Positions 56,867 through 64,000 of a DNA stretch of 64,000 nt are shown here, one piece after another. The stretch is from a virus. Taxonomy: Duplodnaviria; Heunggongvirae; Uroviricota; Caudoviricetes. Every line of letters begins with the position of its first letter. Within the stretch, counting starts at the first letter, position 1. Both the position numbers and the translations under genes were made by a program. The notes beneath the pieces are model-generated. The model searched no databases, was not told where the DNA came from, and saw nothing but the letters and a program-made list of their open reading frames with translations. Where the stretch lies: the IMG/VR virus record IMGVR_UViG_3300005530_000876, one strand, 5' to 3'.

Positions 56867-57601
56867 TTAATTGTCTTGAAGAATTGTTTTTAAAATATTT
56901 TTTGTGTTTGAAGGAAAATTTTGCCCAAGCATCCATTTACCGAATCCAGGATTTTGTTTTATCACTTTTCCCTTATCCTTGCCAAAATTGTAAACAGCTT
57001 CGCCCTGATCATTGAGTACAATCTTGCCGGCCAAATCCAGCGCATTCGGTATTTTACAAAATGATAAAAACTGCTCGATCGTACATAGATCATCATATTT
57101 GCTGCACTGAGCAATCATTACTAATCGAGTAGCTTTTATATCTTCAAAGGCATCATGAGCGCCCTGCAGATCTTCATTACAATAAAATTTGAATGCAGAT
57201 GCCAGGTCTCTTTTTTCCTTTTCTCTGAAAACATGAAATGCATCTAAGATTTGAGCATCAGGATCGGGCCACGCTAAGCCACATCTTGAGAATTCTTCTG
57301 AAAGAATTGGAATATCAAACAACCTGATATTGAAACCAGCATAATCGCAATTGTAAAAAAAATCGAACACAGCTTTTGCATATTGAGCAAAGGATGGTTT
57401 ATCCTTTACATCATCATCAGTTATTCCATGAATCTCTGAAGCGGCGGAAGGAATAGGACAACCCGGATTGATCGTAATTTTTTTTTCGTCTATTATTTCA
57501 TTTATACCATTAATAGTCTTGATTGCTGCCAGCTGTACGATCCTGTCAACGGTTACATCCGTGCCGGTTGTTTCTACGTCTATAAATACAATTGGTCTCA
57601 T
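56867..57601 (-). CDS. DnaQ-like 3'-5' exonuclease (DEDDh)
   Basis: Exo I FIDVETTG, Exo II AGFNIRLFDIPIL and Exo III GAHDAFEDIKAT are all present. Confidence 0.75.
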   Translation of the reverse strand: MRPIVFIDVETTGTDVTVDRIVQLAAIKTINGINEIIDEKKITINPGCPIPSAASEIHGITDDDVKDKPSFAQYAKAVFDFFYNCDYAGFNIRLFDIPILSEEFSRCGLAWPDPDAQILDAFHVFREKEKRDLASAFKFYCNEDLQGAHDAFEDIKATRLVMIAQCSKYDDLCTIEQFLSFCKIPNALDLAGKIVLNDQGEAVYNFGKDKGKVIKQNPGFGKWMLGQNFPSNTKNILKTILQDN

Positions 57602-57604
57602 TCG

Positions 57605-58624
57605 CTAAAAATTTAAAGTGCCAGAATGTTTATTAATGTTGGCTGATTTCATTTCCTCGGCTTTTGCATCAATCCATTGACGCACCTGGTTTAATAATCG
57701 TTCGTCCTTAATTTTTGATTTTGAAAGTTGGGCGATCAGGTGTTCCTTATCAGCCTTTAGTGAAGTGCCAATATTATAATTCGATTCCACGTATCCTCTG
57801 AATTTATCCGCCTGAACCAATTCGTCTTCATCAAATGGTTCCTCTATTTTTTCTCCGGGTGGATTATCAATCAAATCGTGTTCTATTACTGAAGCTTCAA
57901 TCTGTTTTATTTTAGCCTCAGTCAGCAACATCGTTTTATTTAATTCCTCTGAGTTTGCAAATTTTTGAAGCTTTTCGATTGAAGCCTGGCTGATGTTTGG
58001 GATCAATTTAAGTACTGGATAAACGCTTTGTGGTTTACCTCTTTCGGATGGCTTATAACTCTTTACCTTTTCCACTTGAAGATCAAAAGGAATTCCCTTT
58101 ACGCGGCCAGCATTGTGCATCACAAAATCGAATGATTCAACAATTTGAGGAATGCTGCTTGCCTTTGCCTTTGTATCCAATTGCCATACGCCAATTATCC
58201 CGGTTATGTCAACTACCAGGAAACGAAGAGTAAGCATCATCTCCCAATTGCCAAGCCGTTCGCGTTCAGATTCTGTTCCAGTGAAAGGAACATACTCTTT
58301 TCGAGTAGTATCATAAATGAAAAAATCCTGGCCATCACCGTAACCATAACGAACGCCACCTTGCCACCATTCGTATCGCTGATTACATACCTCAGAAACA
58401 TTATCACTAATGAATGCAATTGTTAGCTGGTTGCATTTATCGCCAAATTGTTTTATAAAAAGATCTGCGTATTTGCCACGCGGAACAAAGTAATCCGTTG
58501 AAGATGGATATTCTTTCCCTTGGGCATTTATTCTTTTCTCACCTATTTTTAAATACCCGATGACCGGCATTTTGCCAGAAGAAACGTTGTTGCTTGTTTT
58601 CAAGCGGCCATTAAGCTGTAACAT
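57605..58624 (-). CDS. Putative single-strand annealing protein (partner of the adjacent exonuclease), unknown family
   Basis: 339-aa ORF immediately downstream of, and overlapping, the PD-(D/E)xK exonuclease gene; it occupies the position of RecT/Redbeta-like genes. Confidence 0.3.
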   Translation of the reverse strand: MLQLNGRLKTSNNVSSGKMPVIGYLKIGEKRINAQGKEYPSSTDYFVPRGKYADLFIKQFGDKCNQLTIAFISDNVSEVCNQRYEWWQGGVRYGYGDGQDFFIYDTTRKEYVPFTGTESERERLGNWEMMLTLRFLVVDITGIIGVWQLDTKAKASSIPQIVESFDFVMHNAGRVKGIPFDLQVEKVKSYKPSERGKPQSVYPVLKLIPNISQASIEKLQKFANSEELNKTMLLTEAKIKQIEASVIEHDLIDNPPGEKIEEPFDEDELVQADKFRGYVESNYNIGTSLKADKEHLIAQLSKSKIKDERLLNQVRQWIDAKAEEMKSANINKHSGTLNF

Positions 58625-59636
58625 GATTGCGCTCCTCCTTTACAGCTCTTGCTTGTTTTAAATATTCATTAAGATCAACGCACCTGAAATTTTTATCGGT
58701 AACCGGTTCACCATAGGTAAGCTGCTCTTCAAATATTTTTACCGAACGCACATCCATCAGCTTCTCAATCTTTGCGATCTCTACCAGGTGTCTGAATTTT
58801 TCTTTAGCGATACTGTCAGACTGATCTTTCAAATGATAGTCAGGATCTGTTCTCCATTCTTTAGGAGAAAAATTGAAAACCATATCCGGATTGATATCGA
58901 AGTTTTCAATGCACAAGCGCCGGGACGCTTCTAATTGTATTTCGTTTGATTCGTAAAACGATTTACGTCCAGATTTGAAATCAACAATTGCTGTGATGCG
59001 TTTTGTTGATTTACTTTCTTTTGGTTCACCTTTCCTTGGACCGGATGCATACAGTTCACCGAAAAATCCTTTTACCTCTACATCCATTTTGCATATCAGA
59101 TCCAGGGTTCCGGCATAGCCATCACGACTGGCAAGTGATACCTCAATAGCGAGCGGTTTTACATTGTGGTCGTGAATAAACGTAGCGAAGGAAAGCAGAT
59201 CACATTTAAGATCTTCCGTCCAATAATGTTTGTAATCAATGCCCTTCAGTTCTGCAGCTTCTAATAGCCGATCTTCCAGTTCTGAAAGATCAATTGATTT
59301 TTCAATCATAAACCATCCAAAAAGAATGTGCATCATGGTGCCATAATCTGCACGCTCTTTTGCATATTCCTTGTGGTTAGGAGTTGAAATCATCCATTCA
59401 ATCAGAAAGGAACTGGTGGGTGTCGTTGCGTTGATCAAAGAAGTGGTACTGATAAAGAACCGGTAATTGCCGTCCTCTTCTTGAATGCAATAATAACGAT
59501 AGCCTTTGCTGTCAATTCGCATAAGCCTGTAATTTGGCTCACGCAACGCATCAGCATCAAAGAAGTCTGCCACACAGGTGGTAACTTCAATACCGTTAGT
59601 TTGCGGGATAGTTTTGTTTGTTGTAATTGTTTCCAT
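58611..59636 (-). CDS. PD-(D/E)xK exonuclease (YqaJ/lambda-Exo-like)
   Basis: 341 aa with GTLDLICKMD ... ITAIVDFKSGRK (D...D.K core) and a downstream ESNEIQLEASRRL. Confidence 0.45.
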   Translation of the reverse strand: METITTNKTIPQTNGIEVTTCVADFFDADALREPNYRLMRIDSKGYRYYCIQEEDGNYRFFISTTSLINATTPTSSFLIEWMISTPNHKEYAKERADYGTMMHILFGWFMIEKSIDLSELEDRLLEAAELKGIDYKHYWTEDLKCDLLSFATFIHDHNVKPLAIEVSLASRDGYAGTLDLICKMDVEVKGFFGELYASGPRKGEPKESKSTKRITAIVDFKSGRKSFYESNEIQLEASRRLCIENFDINPDMVFNFSPKEWRTDPDYHLKDQSDSIAKEKFRHLVEIAKIEKLMDVRSVKIFEEQLTYGEPVTDKNFRCVDLNEYLKQARAVKEERNHVTA

Positions 59637-59660
59637 TTTTTATTTTTTGAGTTCTGAATA

Positions 59661-60176
59661 CTATTTTATAAAGAGCCTTAACCCTGCACCATAGAATAAT
59701 TCTTTAGCTTTCGTAATAAATAGATAGTAGCTCCCGTAAACCTTCCAATCAAATACCTCTTGATAATTTGAAAACTTTTTACCCATTTCTAAAGAGGCGA
59801 GCAAGACTGTTTTATTTTTTTCAATCGGATCACCACCGGTAACCCATTTTGAAAAGTCTGTAACATGATAATGTGATATGCCAACAAGAGGAGTGATGTA
59901 AAAATTCTGATCATCTTCTCCCGAAATATTTATTTCATAACCGGTAGAAGCATAGGATATATTTGAAACCTGTGTTGCCCGGGTGTAGGTAATTAAAGCC
60001 CCACCTTTGAAAACAAGATTGTTGTTAAAAAGATAGCCGGCGTTTATGCCTAAACGATTTCCGCTTTCCATTGAAAAAAAAGGTTGTGGCAAGGAAAACA
60101 ACGGTAACAGCCAGATCAAAATAAAAATGATCGATTTTAATATTTTAGGAATTGGATTTGTACTGAGCATTTCCAT
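59661..60176 (-). CDS. Outer-membrane beta-barrel-like protein (moron?)
   Basis: 171 aa with an N-terminal signal-like hydrophobic segment, alternating hydrophobic beta-strand pattern and a C-terminal GLRLFIK. The likely start is the internal ATG at 60170. Confidence 0.4.
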   Translation of the reverse strand: MEMLSTNPIPKILKSIIFILIWLLPLFSLPQPFFSMESGNRLGINAGYLFNNNLVFKGGALITYTRATQVSNISYASTGYEINISGEDDQNFYITPLVGISHYHVTDFSKWVTGGDPIEKNKTVLLASLEMGKKFSNYQEVFDWKVYGSYYLFITKAKELFYGAGLRLFIK

Positions 60177-60190
60177 TTAATTTGTGATTA

Positions 60191-60206
60191 TGAGATTAAT
60201 TTTACA
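60191..60206 (-). promoter_or_regulatory. Leader motif variant (TGTAAAATTAATCTCA)
   Basis: 17 nt upstream of the OMP-like gene start, just after the terminator. Confidence 0.35.
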
Positions 60207-60210
60207 ATTA

Positions 60211-60246
60211 AAAAAAGCCTGGCCTGTGAACTCCAGGCTTTTTTTA
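60211..60246. terminator. Bidirectional rho-independent terminator
   Basis: AAAAAA-GCCTGG-cctgtgaact-CCAGGC-TTTTTTT. It separates the Cro-side early operon from the downstream operon. Confidence 0.7.
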
Positions 60247-60372
60247 TGATTCAATAGGTACCAGATTAACCTGGTTGAAATTTATGCTGAGTTAGAATTT
60301 TCAAGTTGCCACCGGTATGTTCCCGGTGGCGGGACTATATCCAATAACCGAAACCAAACTGAATTCATCCGC

Positions 60373-60570
60373 TTAATTTCCATTTTCAGGAAATATCAAA
60401 GCCGTATCGACAATTGAAACGCGGATGCCTTTTTCTTTTGCTACCTCACACACTTTATCATAAAAAGACAAAAGCATTTGATTAATTTCCTGGTCTTTGA
60501 TTGCAGCCTCATGTATATGAGTAATGCAAATCAATCTTTCAACTTCTTCTTCATGCGTTTTAGAATCCAT
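60373..60570 (-). CDS. Hypothetical small protein
   Basis: 65-aa ORF. A 45-aa TM ORF at 60563..60697 ends overlapping its start. Confidence 0.3.
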   Translation of the reverse strand: MDSKTHEEEVERLICITHIHEAAIKDQEINQMLLSFYDKVCEVAKEKGIRVSIVDTALIFPENGN

Positions 60571-61008
60571 TACTTTCTCTTTTTTCTTTATAGAGTTTAC
60601 TCACCTGATTAACCTCGATCGATGCTTGTACATAAATTATTATGGCCATAATTAGTACGCCGGCTCCTACGGCAAAAGCGATTTTTTCGAGTATCATTTT
60701 GCGGTCAATTTTTCACTGTATTTTGAAAAAACTTCTTTTACATTTTTCCAATTAGAAACTCTAATGGGAATGTTGTTTTCAGAAGCAAACTTTATAAGCT
60801 TGCGAACCATTGGTATTGCTGGGATTCCTTTCATATTGATTGGTTTTAAAATTCCTGGCTCATAAGCCATAGATCTTCATCCTCTGAGAATCTTCTTTCT
60901 TCGTCTATGCTATCACTGTTTTCCTGATCTTCTTCATCAAGAGGACGAAAAGGATTGTCATATTTTGTAAGACCTTGTTCTCCTAAATTTTCTGGCTTTT
61001 GTATTTTT

Positions 61009-61203
61009 TTATCCATGACCGAAACGAATTAATTTTCTTCGATTTAAAATTTCTGATTTTGCTTTTGCGCTTAACCTGCTTCTTCGCTTTCGCTGAACAG
61101 GCTGTTGATCAGGAATTAAACGATCTACTCTTTCAATAACCAATTCTGCCATTGACTTAATTTCAATCAATTCGTTCCTGGTTTTTTCATCAATCATATT
61201 CAC
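61009..61203 (-). CDS. Hypothetical small basic protein
   Basis: 64-aa ORF. Confidence 0.3.
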   Translation of the reverse strand: MNMIDEKTRNELIEIKSMAELVIERVDRLIPDQQPVQRKRRSRLSAKAKSEILNRRKLIRFGHG

Positions 61204-61418
61204 GCAGCTTTATTACCGAACATGCTTATGACCTTTGAATTGATCTTTCTTTTATTACCGTATGTGTTCAGTAAATTTTTGATTTGAGGACCTCCGGAAT
61301 ATTCTGCGAACTCAATCGTGATAATGAGTTTGTTGCCAACTTTTGTTGCAACTCCCTCGATGAATAATTTGCCGCCAGGATCAACGTCCAGTTCGACACT
61401 AAATGATTTTGTTTCCAT
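61200..61418 (-). CDS. Hypothetical small protein
   Basis: 72-aa ORF. Confidence 0.35.
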   Translation of the reverse strand: METKSFSVELDVDPGGKLFIEGVATKVGNKLIITIEFAEYSGGPQIKNLLNTYGNKRKINSKVISMFGNKAA

Positions 61419-61429
61419 TTGATTAATTT

Positions 61430-61657
61430 TTATTGTTCGGCCGATATCACTTGTCTTATTTTTTCCACCGACTCAAGGCTACCATTTCCTTTATCTTTTA
61501 AAGAGTAAAATGTTTGCCGAGTCATGCTAAGCGTCCTTGCAGCAGCAGAAAATGAATCCTGTTTTTTGATCCATGCTTTAAAAGCTTTTTTTTCATCTGT
61601 TGTAAGTTTTACCGACCTGGGTTTAATAGTGTTATTTTCTTTGTTATATTTGTCCAT
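61430..61657 (-). CDS. HTH DNA-binding protein (Cro/excisionase-like), first gene of the leftward early operon
   Basis: 75 aa. SFSAAARTLSMTRQTFYSL is an HTH. It is divergent from the XRE repressor gene. Confidence 0.5.
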   Translation of the reverse strand: MDKYNKENNTIKPRSVKLTTDEKKAFKAWIKKQDSFSAAARTLSMTRQTFYSLKDKGNGSLESVEKIRQVISAEQ

Positions 61658-61780
61658 ACAGATGTAAAGCTAAACAGATTAATCAGAAAAAACAAAATAA
61701 ATCTGAAGAATTTGATTGAAAAAATAAAAATTTAGTTTTTATCAAAAATTGTCCATACATTAGTAAATAAAATCTAAGAA
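61658..61780. promoter_or_regulatory. Divergent promoter/operator region of the lysogeny switch
   Basis: 123-nt A/T-rich intergenic region between divergent HTH genes. It contains the inverted repeat TCAGA-N14-TCTGA plus CAGAT/ATCTG repeats. Confidence 0.45.
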
Positions 61781-62266
61781 ATGTCTGCTTTATCGAATAA
61801 TATTCAATTAATTCGTGGTTTGCTTAATCTGACGCAGGATGAATTTGGGAAATTAGTGATCCCTGGAGAGAAAAAAGCTACATCTGATCCAAAACAAATC
61901 AAAAAAATAAGATCAAAAGTTTCGAGCTGGGAGAATGGAGTAGCACAGCCACCCTTTGCGGTATTAGCCAATATATCTAAAGCTGGAGGTGTGACTATAG
62001 ATCAGCTTACCTCAAAACAATTGAATGTATCTGAAATAAAGATTGAATTAAATCAGCCTAATAATGAATCAGATAAATCAGATAAATCAGACGAATCAAT
62101 AAATACAACTTCAGCACCATTGGTAGAATATTTAAAACAAGAACTTGAAAGCACAAAGACTGAGTTAAAATATTTGATAAAAGAAAATGCTTTATTAAAC
62201 CGGGAATTAGAAATCATGAGATCAAAAAGCTTGGACTACGCAAGCAAAAGAGGAAGGGTAGGGTAG
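61781..62266 (+). CDS. XRE-family HTH transcriptional regulator (CI-like repressor candidate) with a C-terminal coiled coil
   Basis: 161 aa with an N-terminal HTH_XRE (IQLIRGLLNLTQDEFGKLV). No S24 peptidase domain; the C-terminus is heptad-rich. Confidence 0.55.
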   Translation: MSALSNNIQLIRGLLNLTQDEFGKLVIPGEKKATSDPKQIKKIRSKVSSWENGVAQPPFAVLANISKAGGVTIDQLTSKQLNVSEIKIELNQPNNESDKSDKSDESINTTSAPLVEYLKQELESTKTELKYLIKENALLNRELEIMRSKSLDYASKRGRVG

Positions 62267-62321
62267 TGCAAATGTTTGGACCCGTGCAACTTTCCTTATT
62301 TGATAAAATTAAAAATGAAAA

Positions 62322-62846
62322 ATGAAAAAAGTTTTTACATCCATTTTATTATTCTCCTTTACTTTTTGTAAAGCCCAACCTGATACCGCTATTAGTTATA
62401 CAGGTATTGAAGTTAATAATGTGCAGCAAATGAATTTATATTCCAGAGCCAGATCCTGGGTCGACAATAACTTTAAAAACATGAGAGCGGTCCTTTCTAT
62501 TAATGATAAAGAAACAGGTGAATTGGCCGGGAAAGGAATTATGAAATTTGAAATCGGTTATATGGGTAAAGATCGAAACATGGTGCCGGTGACAATTGAA
62601 TTCAAAATGGATATCCGCGTGAAAGACGGAAAATATAAATACGACTTTTCTGATTTCGACGTTTTGGAGTTTTGGGACCAGAGATCTGACATCGGAATTC
62701 TAACAAGCAATAGTACCCACCAATGGTTTGGAACTAAAAAATGGAGCGCCATTGCTTACCAGGAAACTAAAGATAAAGTGAATGACCAAATGCAGGATTT
62801 AATCATTTCCCTGAAGGACGCAATGAATAAGAATAATGATTTTTAA
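62322..62846 (+). CDS. Lipoprotein (signal peptide with Cys, FTFCKAQ)
   Basis: 174 aa with MKKVFTSILLFSFTFCKAQPD. It lies between the repressor and att, the classic moron position. Confidence 0.5.
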   Translation: MKKVFTSILLFSFTFCKAQPDTAISYTGIEVNNVQQMNLYSRARSWVDNNFKNMRAVLSINDKETGELAGKGIMKFEIGYMGKDRNMVPVTIEFKMDIRVKDGKYKYDFSDFDVLEFWDQRSDIGILTSNSTHQWFGTKKWSAIAYQETKDKVNDQMQDLIISLKDAMNKNNDF

Positions 62847-63138
62847 ATCTTTTTATTTAATGCCGGAGAAAATTAATTTCATATCAGACATAAGAATGCT
62901 TGAACTTATTGATATTCTAAAACAGTCAGAAGTGATTCGGTTTACTCAGGAATTTTGTGATGCGATCGGATTTAAAAAACAGAATATCAGGAATGTGAAA
63001 ATTGGCCTGCAACATTTCACACCTGAACATATACGCAAAGCGTGCCTGGTGTATAACCGTGATGCCAACTGGATTTTTGATCTTAAATACACGAAAATTG
63101 CCGTTACCAAAAACGTTACCAAAATCGCTAAAAAATGA
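62836..63138 (+). CDS. Hypothetical protein
   Basis: 100-aa ORF overlapping the lipoprotein gene end. Confidence 0.35.
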   Translation: MIFKSFYLMPEKINFISDIRMLELIDILKQSEVIRFTQEFCDAIGFKKQNIRNVKIGLQHFTPEHIRKACLVYNRDANWIFDLKYTKIAVTKNVTKIAKK

Positions 63139-63209
63139 ACGTTTTTAGAAAAAGTGAAAAATTAAAAGCCTTGCTGGGATTGAGTTTGAGCAAACGAGAA
63201 GTTTAGGAA

Positions 63210-63256
63210 CACAGCCTTCTAAGCTGTGGGTCGCACGTTCGAATCGTGCCGGGGTC
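63210..63256 (+). other. 3' fragment of tRNA-Arg(TCT) (anticodon arm, T-arm, acceptor 3' strand): attR-like prophage boundary repeat
   Basis: ACAGC-CTTCTAA-GCTGT-GGGTC-GCACG-TTCGAAT-CGTGC-CGGGGTC-A. The T-loop and stems are perfect, but there is no D-arm or 5' acceptor strand (GACCCCG) upstream. Confidence 0.55.
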
Positions 63257-63325
63257 ACTGTTTCCTTCTTTTTGCATCTTTTATCCAATTACTTTAAATA
63301 TTCTGCGAAAAAAGAAATACAAATA

Positions 63326-64000
63326 ATGATGGAGATTCAAATTGAAGACAGCTGGAAGGAAATTTTAAAAAATGAATTTGAGAAAACATATTTTCAACAC
63401 ATCGTTACTTTTCTAAAAGCTGAAAAAGCTTCCGGCAAAATTATTTTCCCTCCGGGTTCATTGATTTTTAATTCTTTTAAACAAACTCCCTTTTCAAAAA
63501 TAAAAGTTGTTATTATAGGCCAGGATCCTTATCACAACAAGGGACAGGCTCATGGTTTAAGCTTTTCGGTTCCGGATGGAATCCCAAAGCCTCCTTCTCT
63601 TTTAAATATTTTCAAAGAATTGAAAAACGATTTAGGGATTGAAATTTCAGAAAACGGGAATCTTGAAAAATGGGCATCACAAGGTGTGCTTCTTTTAAAT
63701 GCTTCTTTAACGGTGCGCCAAAATGAACCAGGAAGCCATGCTCAGATTGGCTGGCTCCAATTTACAGACGAGGTTATCAAAAAAATCTCAAATGAAAAAG
63801 AAGGAATTATTTTTTTATTGTGGGGAAAATTTGCGCAGGAAAAACAATCGCTTATTGATGAGACAAAACATTCTATTTTAAAAGCGGCACATCCTTCTCC
63901 CTTTAGTGCATCTAATGGTTTTTTTGGATGCAAACATTTTTCAAAAACAAATGAAATATTGATGAAGCAACAGAAAAATCCGATTGATTGGAAAATTTAA
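63326..64000 (+). CDS. ung: Uracil-DNA glycosylase (family 1), host gene
   Basis: GQDPYHNKGQAHGLSFSV (water-activating loop), LLLNASLTV, and AAHPSPFSA (HPSPLS motif). The start is taken at the internal MMEIQIEDSWKEIL; the longer ORF begins at 63272. Confidence 0.85.
   Translation: MMEIQIEDSWKEILKNEFEKTYFQHIVTFLKAEKASGKIIFPPGSLIFNSFKQTPFSKIKVVIIGQDPYHNKGQAHGLSFSVPDGIPKPPSLLNIFKELKNDLGIEISENGNLEKWASQGVLLLNASLTVRQNEPGSHAQIGWLQFTDEVIKKISNEKEGIIFLLWGKFAQEKQSLIDETKHSILKAAHPSPFSASNGFFGCKHFSKTNEILMKQQKNPIDWKI

Larger units (their letters stand above)
1..63256 (-). mobile_element. Temperate siphovirus-like prophage. The left end continues beyond the window; the right end is at the tRNA-Arg 3' fragment.
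   Basis: Contiguous phage modules are present: lysogeny switch, replication/recombination genes, TerS/TerL, tape measure protein, ClpP-like protease and capsid gene. A tRNA 3' fragment followed by host ung marks the right junction. Nearly all genes lie on one strand. Confidence 0.75.

Noticed and set aside
63272-63325. Longer N-terminus of ung (MHLLSNYFKYSAKKEIQIM...)
   Set aside because: Uracil-DNA glycosylases begin near the conserved W..L..E block. The 18 extra codons overlap the att/tRNA-fragment-proximal promoter region and are probably not translated.
1-64000. Diversity-generating retroelement or retron
   Set aside because: No reverse-transcriptase-like ORF (no YxDD motif protein) was seen in any frame, and no template/variable repeat pair was found in the fibre genes by eye.
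1-64000. Integrase or recombinase gene
   Set aside because: No ORF shows tyrosine-recombinase (R..HxxR..Y) or serine-recombinase N-terminal motifs. It is presumed to lie off-window at the left end.

Overview
The window is almost entirely a temperate, tailed (siphovirus-like) prophage. The low GC, A/T-rich leaders without Shine-Dalgarno sequences and TAnnTTTG-like promoters suggest a Bacteroidota host. About 61 kb (561 to 61657) is transcribed from the minus strand in one direction, with many 4-nt ATGA start/stop overlaps. Reading in transcription order (high to low coordinates), the modules are: a lysogeny switch (divergent XRE repressor and Cro-like HTH, 61.4-62.3 kb); an early operon with an OMP-like moron; a replication/recombination module (PD-(D/E)xK exonuclease plus a putative annealing protein, DnaQ-like exonuclease, ParB-like protein, two HNH endonucleases, SNF2 helicase, DUF5131/Gp37-Gp68, DnaD-like initiator, VRR-NUC, RNase H, DUF932); an accessory cluster (SPFH, ASCH, Cys-rich proteins); a ParB-like nuclease with TerS and TerL (31-33.6 kb); a run of small genes with a phage-encoded initiator tRNA-fMet; the tail module (an Ig-like protein, a 1896-aa tape measure protein, beta-helix fibres); the head module (ClpP-like prohead protease, a putative major capsid protein flanked by two paralogous Gly-rich repeat proteins, a candidate portal); and a putative lysis cassette that runs off the left edge. 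The right prophage boundary is marked by a 3' fragment of tRNA-Arg(TCT) (63210-63256, attR-like) directly upstream of host ung (uracil-DNA glycosylase). No integrase is visible in the window; it is presumably beyond the left edge. The most notable features are the phage-borne initiator tRNA, a degenerate tRNA-like element inside a CDS, a two-gene RNase H-DUF932 cassette bracketed by ~86-nt direct repeats, a 16-nt leader motif abutting several start codons, and the paralogous repeat proteins flanking the capsid gene.
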